Assembly (NCBI GenBank): GCA_025594325.1
Contig: JANHCV010000001.1
Span: forward strand, 248,001-312,000
Direction: 5' to 3'
Length of the DNA stretch: 64,000 nt
Source of the DNA: Blastocladiella emersonii ATCC 22665
Taxonomy: Eukaryota; Fungi; Blastocladiomycota
Below the pieces are notes generated by a model. The model searched no databases and was not told where the DNA came from. It saw nothing but the letters and a program-made list of their open reading frames with translations. The first letter of the stretch is position 1, and each line of letters begins with the position of its first letter. Positions 58,240 through 64,000 of this stretch are shown piece by piece. A program made the position numbers and the translations under genes.

Positions 58240-60465
58240 ATGAAGAGCGATACTACCACGGCAGCACCCATCGCGGTCGACCAGCCGCCCATCGACCTCG
58301 CGCGCGAGCGCGCCAACGCCGGGTTCGACATCGAAGCGATGCGCGTGTTCCTCCTCGGCGGCGCCAAGAAGGCCGAGCTCAAGGTCCGCCCTCCCATGAA
58401 GCGCTGACCCCGCCATGCACGCTGACACTTGCCGCACCTGAGAGTAGAAACTCGCGTACCGCCTGATCGAGCGCGACCCGATCCTGTCCTTCAGCACGAC
58501 CAACGGGCACCACTTTGACCTGACGCGCCCGGAGCTGCGCGAGAAGACCATGGCACAGCTGCGGCGTGCTGTGGCGGTGCGCGAGACGTTCCGCGACCCG
58601 GACCTGTACCACGCCTTCATCCACGCCATGTGCGAGCTGAGCGAGTCGTTCTCGATGCGCCTGTTCGTGTCGGACGCGCTGTTCGCGCGCGCCTTCCGCA
58701 TGTTCGGCACCCCCGAGCAGGCCGCCGAGTGGGTCCCGCGCGTGATGCGCTGGGAGGTCGTCGGCGGGTTCGCCATGACCGAGTTTGGCCACTCGTCGTC
58801 GCTCCGCGGGATCTCGACGACGGCGACGTTCGATGCCGAGCACGACGAGTTTGTGATTGACACGCCCGACACCATGGCGACCAAGGTACACACGCTCTCT
58901 CGCCCCTCCTCGCGATGCCCAGCGCTGACCCTCACCCCCACGCGTAGATGTGGATCGGCGCTGCGGGCGAAACCAGCACGCACACGTCGTGCCTGGCGCG
59001 CCTTATTCTCCCCGACGGGACCGACGCCGGTCTGCACTGGTTCATTGTCCCGCTGCGCGACCGCGAGACGGGCGCGCTTCTCCCCGGCGTGACGGCGGGC
59101 GACATGGGCGCCAAGGCGGGCCGCAACGGGCTCGACAACGGGTGGCTGCAGTTCACGCAGGTGCGGATCCCGCGCGCGCACAAGCTGTCCAAGTGGGGCC
59201 GGGTGACGCGCGACGGCCGGTTCGAGAGCGGTCTGTCGCGCACGGACCCGGCGTACGCGACGGTGCCCGCGACCGAGGGCGCGGCGGCGACGCTGTCGTA
59301 CGCGGGCCTGATCCCGGAGCGGCTCGAGATCACGCGCGGGGTGCCGACGGCCGTGAACCAGGCGCTGACGATCGCGGTCCGGTACGCGGCGATCCGGCGC
59401 CAGGGGCCCGCGGGCAACCCGCAGATCCTCGACTACACGACGGTGCAGACGTCGCTGCTGCCGTCGCTCGCGTGCATGCACGCGGTGATGGCGGCGGACG
59501 CGCGCGCGTGGCAGGCGTGGGCCAAGATGGAGGCCGACCCGGCGGCGCTGCTGCGCGGGCTCCCCGACATGCACGCGCTCAGTGCCGGGATCAAGGCCAT
59601 GGTGACGTGGCGCGGCGCCGACGCGCTCGAGCTGTGCCGGCGCGCCATGGGCGGGCACGCCGTGTCGCGGTACAATGCGATCGCCGACGCGATCGGCGAT
59701 TTCACGGTGATGACGACGGGCGGCGGCGATAACGCGGTCATGGTGCAGCAGACCACGCGGTACGTGCTGGGCGTGTTCCAGAAGGCGGCGAGCGGGCGCA
59801 CGTCCCGGATTGATCCCGAGGCCTCGGTGTACTACCTCGCGGACCTCGCCGGGACGGCGCGCGCGGCGAGCAAGCCCGTGGCCAACTGGGCCGACCTGGC
59901 GCACCTGCACGCGCACCTGACGCAGCTGCTGGTGCACAAGCTCGGTCGGCTCGCGCAGCGGATCGGCGCGGCGAGCGCGGCGGGCGCGTCGCTGGCCGAG
60001 GCGTGGAACGCGCAGCTGCCCGAGATCTCGTCGATTGCGCAGCTGCACACGGCCAACTACCTGGCTAAGGCGCTGCGCGAGCGCGCGGGCGACGGTCCTT
60101 CGACGGCCACCGCGGCGCCGGCGTCGCTGCAGCCCGTGTTCAAGGACCTGTGCGCGCTGTTCCTGCTCGACACGCTGAACGCGCAGGCGCGCGACCTGGT
60201 GGTGGTGAGCGGGTGGACGGGCGCGCAGGCCGAGGCGCTCGACGCGGCGTTCCTGCGCGCGTGCAAGACGGTCCGCGGGCGCGCCGTGGCCCTCGTCGAC
60301 GCGTTCGGGTACCCGGACTTTGTCCTCAAGGCGCCGCTCGCGCGCGCGGACGGGTCCGGGTACAAGGCGTACCTCGAGACGATCCAGCGCGCGCCCGGGT
60401 GCTACGGCCCGCCAGCGTACCACGCGCGCGAGATCAAGCCGCTCACGTCCAAGAGCCGGCTCTGA
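58240..60465 (+). CDS. Peroxisomal acyl-CoA oxidase; 2 introns; PTS1 SRL
   Basis: GGFAMTEFGHSS.LRGI.TTATFD...EFVIDTP, ATK|MWIG, HWFIVPLRD, DMGAKAGRNGLDNGWLQF, RQGP..QILDY, CRRAMGGH, GGGDNAVM; ends SKSRL. Confidence 0.95.
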
Positions 60466-60776
60466 GATAGGATTGTTGTGCGGCCCGTTGAGGCCCGGAT
60501 TTGTGAATCCGATCGACGATGCTTTGTGACCAGGGTTGACGTGAGCGTGAGGCCGAAATGACACGTCTGCGGGCACGAGTCGACGCGCGGAGTGAAGTGA
60601 GAAGTCCGATGGCCGGCACCGCGGCGGCGCGTCAGCCGTCAGCCGCCCGCCGAGGCGAGGCGCGTCGCCTTCAGAGTTTCGGCCGCCCCGCCGCCCGCTC
60701 TCTCTCCCCACAGAACTCGCTCTTCATGTACAACGCGCCGTAACTCGGCCCCCAAAGCATCTGCAACGCACACAGC

Positions 60777-61536
60777 ATGACGTTTCTCGCGGCCATTGCA
60801 TCGCGCATCGACGGGTGGGGCCTGCACTCGGCGCCGTCGGTCGCGCTCGCCATCGGGATCCCGGTGCTCGGCGGTACGCGCTCTCGCGTGTGCGGGTGGG
60901 TGTGATGCTGACGTGCGGTGTGGAACAGGCTTCGCGGGCGCCATCTCGATGGGCAACTCGGTCAAAACCTGGTACAAGGACATCAAGGTTCGTGTGTGGA
61001 CGCGCTCGCACCCGCTCCTGAAGCCCACTCACGCTTTCCCTCGTCCGCTCTCTGCACCCATAGAAGGCGCCGTGGAACCCGCCGCCGTACGTGTTCGGGC
61101 CGACGTGGACGGTGCTGTACACATGCATGGGGTACGCGTCGCACCGCGTCTTCTACCTGGTCCCCGCGCACCTCCGCGCCACCCCGCTCGCCCTGTACGG
61201 CGCCCAGCTCGCCCTCAACTTTGCGGTACGCTCTTTCGTGCAGGGTGAGACCGAGCAACCGCTAACCCCCGCGGCAATGCGTAGTGGACGCCCGTCTTCT
61301 TCGGCGCCAAGCGGTTCGGGCTCGCCATGGCCAACATCGCGCTCATGTGGGGCGGCATCGCGGCCACGGCCTACTCGTTCTTCGAGTACGACGCCACGGC
61401 CGGCTACCTCATGCTGCCGTACCTCGCCTGGGTCTCGTACGCCTCGACGCTCAACTGGTACATTTGGCGGAACAACCCGCGCTTCCGCCACAAGCTCGCT
61501 GCGGGCGCTGCCGGCAAGCGCGGCAAGAAGGAGTAG
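60777..61536 (+). CDS. TSPO: TspO/MBR family translocator protein; 3 introns
   Basis: WYKDIK|KAPWNPPPYVFGPTWTVLY.CMGYAS, YGAQLALNFA|WTPVFFG, LMLPYLAWVSYASTLN. Confidence 0.95.
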
Positions 61537-61688
61537 TTTTCGAGCGAGAGAATGGATATTTGCAGTGTTGATGACGTTACCCGCACGACGCGTCGATGGG
61601 AAGGGAAGGGACTCTGACCGCAGCGTTCGGCCCGCATGAAAAACGCGTCGTTGGCCCGCATCCCATCCCCGCTCTCTCTGCAACAACC

Positions 61689-63522
61689 ATGATATCGAAA
61701 GAAGCGCTACCCGAATCCCTCGCCACCCTCTCGGCCGACACGCTCGCCGCCATCTGCGACGTGGCCGACTCGGCGACCGCCGCGCTCGCCGCGCTCCTCG
61801 CCGCGCACCCGCACCTCGCCGAGCACGCGACGCGCCGCAACGCGAGTCTCGCTGCCGCCCTCGCCCTCGCGGCGCTCGCCGCACTCAAGGCCCGTCGCGT
61901 CTACATCGACGCCTTCTGCGTCCCGCCCTCGCTCCGTCGCCTCCCCGTTCTCTCCCCGCGCGAGCTCATCAAGTCGTTCCGCGCCGCGGGGAACGGCGGG
62001 ACGGTTGCCGCCCTCAACTACCAGCTCGCGCGCGTCCGCGAGGATGCGGCTGACCGTGGGATCGGGATGGTCGCGGGGAGCGAGGTGCCGCGCGTCTGGG
62101 CGCAGTGGATGTACGGTCAACGGACGCGTCGTTGAGGCGCAGCTGACGCTTCCCACCGCACCGCAACGTAGCGTCGGCAAGTGGGGCGTCATGGTGACGT
62201 CGCCCGAGGACATCAAGCTGGTCTTCGACAAGAACGAGGTGTTCGAGAAGGGCAAGACGGGCATCGCCGTCGAGTTCCTGGGCCGCGAGAACGTGGTCAA
62301 CAGCCAGACCCCCGAGTGGGCCCACCAGCGGCGCATCGTCAACCCGGCCTTCCACCGCGGCTGGCCCACCGAGCTGTTCGGCGCGCCGACGCGCGACACG
62401 ATCGCCGCGTGGGACGCGCACGCGCGCAAGGGCGAGCCCATCGAGGTCACGGGCTGGATGGAGCGCGTTGCCCTCGACGCCCTGTCGGCGGCCGCCTTCG
62501 GCAGCAGCTTCGCGTCGGTCCGCGACCCGCGGTCGAAACCCGTCGTCCTGTACAAGCAGATCCTCAAGGGCCTCTTCGACCCCGTCCGCGCCACCTTCCC
62601 GCGCCTCGCCTGGCTCGTCCCGTCGACCTGGGTCTACCACTGGCGCATGCGCAAGTTCAACCGGTTCCTCCTGGGGATGGTCGACGGACGTATCGCCGAG
62701 CGCAAGATGGTCGCGCGCGCGGCAGCAGCGCACGGCGGCGAGGACGCGTCGTCGGAAAAGGACACGCGCCCGCTGCTCGACCTGATGATCGACGCGTGGC
62801 TGCGGTCCGACTCGTCCTTCTCGCGCGAGGACCTGCGCGCGAACCTGGCCGTCTTCTTCCTCGCGGGCCACGACACGACCGCGCACGCGCTCGCCCACGC
62901 GCTCTACCTGCTCGGCATGCACCCGGCGGTCCAGGACCGAGCGTTCCGCGAGGTCGCCGACGTGTGCGGCGCGCTCGACCGCAACACCCCCGCGGCCGAC
63001 GTCACCATCCCGACGCAGTGGGACCACGCCCAGCTGCCGCTCGTCGACCGTATCATCATGGAGACGCTCCGCCTGTTCCCGAGCGTCGCCGTCCTCCCCA
63101 CGCGCGTCGTCAACGCGCCCGTCGCGTACCTCGCCGACGGCACCCCGCTGCCCCGCGGTATCCGCGTCAGTGTCCCGCTGTACCACGTGCACCGCAGCAC
63201 CGAGCTGTGGGGCGACGACGCGGCCGAGTTCAACCCGGACCGGTTCCTGCGCAAGGACCAGGCGGGCGCGCCGGGGCAGCCCGGGATGCGCGCCAGCGAG
63301 CACGCGTTCGCGTGGGCGCCGTTCGCCAGCGGGAAACGCGTGTGCCTCGGGCAGACGTTTGCGACCATCGAGATGCGCGTCGTCCTCGCCATGCTCCTCC
63401 TGCGGTACCGCTGGACGACCGTCGGCGACGAGCACGCGCTCAAGGGCACGCCGCAGTACCTCGCGGGGATCCTGCTCCAGCCTAAGGAGATCTATATCAA
63501 GGCTGAGCGGCGCGACGTGTGA
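61689..63522 (+). CDS. Cytochrome P450, paralog of 12610-14459; one intron (~62.11-62.17 kb)
   Basis: W.HQRRIVNPAF, LRANLAVFFLAGHDTTA, ETLR, FNPDRF, PFASGKRVCLG. Confidence 0.95.
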
Positions 63523-63661
63523 TGTGGGTGGGCCGCAGTGTAAAAGTATCGTTTTTTCCTCGACGTGGTGGCTATCCGCACGTGGGCGGGCCTTCCATAC
63601 ACTTCGGCCATCTTGAGCGAGATCCTCGCGACCTCGGTCGACTCTCTACCATGAAACTAGA

Positions 63662-64000
63662 ATGGATTCACTCGTCGCAACGGCCAGCAGCGTGCTAGCC
63701 CGCCTCGCCGCGCTCACGCGAACCGCGTCGCCGTGGCGGCTCACGACCGCCCTCGGCGCCGTGTACCTCCTCTCGCATCTCGCCCGCACCCTTCGCTCCG
63801 TCCTCGCACACCACCGCGCCCTCGCTCGCCTGACCCTCGCCGGCCGCCCTCTCCCCTCGCCGCCCTCCTCGTGGCCGCAGCGGTGGCTGTGGGGCGACGT
63901 GTCCGACTACGCGACGCACGGCTCGATCGTGGCGTGGTTCACGCACCTCGCGCGCACGCTCGGCCCCGCCGTCCAGACGTGGGGGTTCGTGCACCAGCCG
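63662..64000 (+). CDS. Probable further cytochrome P450, N-terminal part only (runs off the window)
   Basis: Open frame from ATG 63662: membrane anchor, Pro-rich PLPSPPSS-WPQRWLWGD, then HLARTLGP; sits in tandem behind a P450. Confidence 0.55.
   Translation, partial: MDSLVATASSVLARLAALTRTASPWRLTTALGAVYLLSHLARTLRSVLAHHRALARLTLAGRPLPSPPSSWPQRWLWGDVSDYATHGSIVAWFTHLARTLGPAVQTWGFVHQP

Noticed and set aside
1-64000. CRISPR array or rRNA
   Set aside because: No regularly spaced repeats or rRNA-like sequence. Repeats are coding trinucleotide tracts (polyQ/A/E/H) and short microsatellites.

Overview
Gene-dense eukaryotic genomic DNA, GC-rich, with short (mostly 60-70 nt) GT-AG introns and CTGAC/CTAAC branch sites. 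The gene content (fungal SBF/MBF KilA-N factor together with a cobalamin adenosyltransferase) points to a non-Dikarya fungus, possibly a zoosporic blastoclad such as Allomyces or Blastocladiella; this is inference. The flanks (1-33.2 kb and 52.9-64 kb) hold housekeeping genes: XPF/Rad1, Swi4/Mbp1-like factor, MMAB, Asteroid-like nuclease, three P450s, Rce1, DENR/Tma22, an acyl-CoA carboxyltransferase, a KH+SAM protein, subtilisin, Qcr6, Cwc16/Yju2b, OCRL, acyl-CoA oxidase and TSPO. Between them lies a visibly lower-GC ~19 kb accessory island (33.3-52.7 kb). It contains two intact tandem BTB-adaptor paralogs, a tRNA-Leu(CAA), several decayed genes and a tandem array of three SNF2-derived genes whose ATPase motifs are destroyed. 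Outside the island, the most unusual genes are a hevein(CBM18)-GH19-like-transmembrane protein and a carboxyltransferase with no mitochondrial presequence that ends in a PTS1-like SRM. No CRISPR array, rRNA or recognisable transposase was found. Exon boundaries were read by hand.
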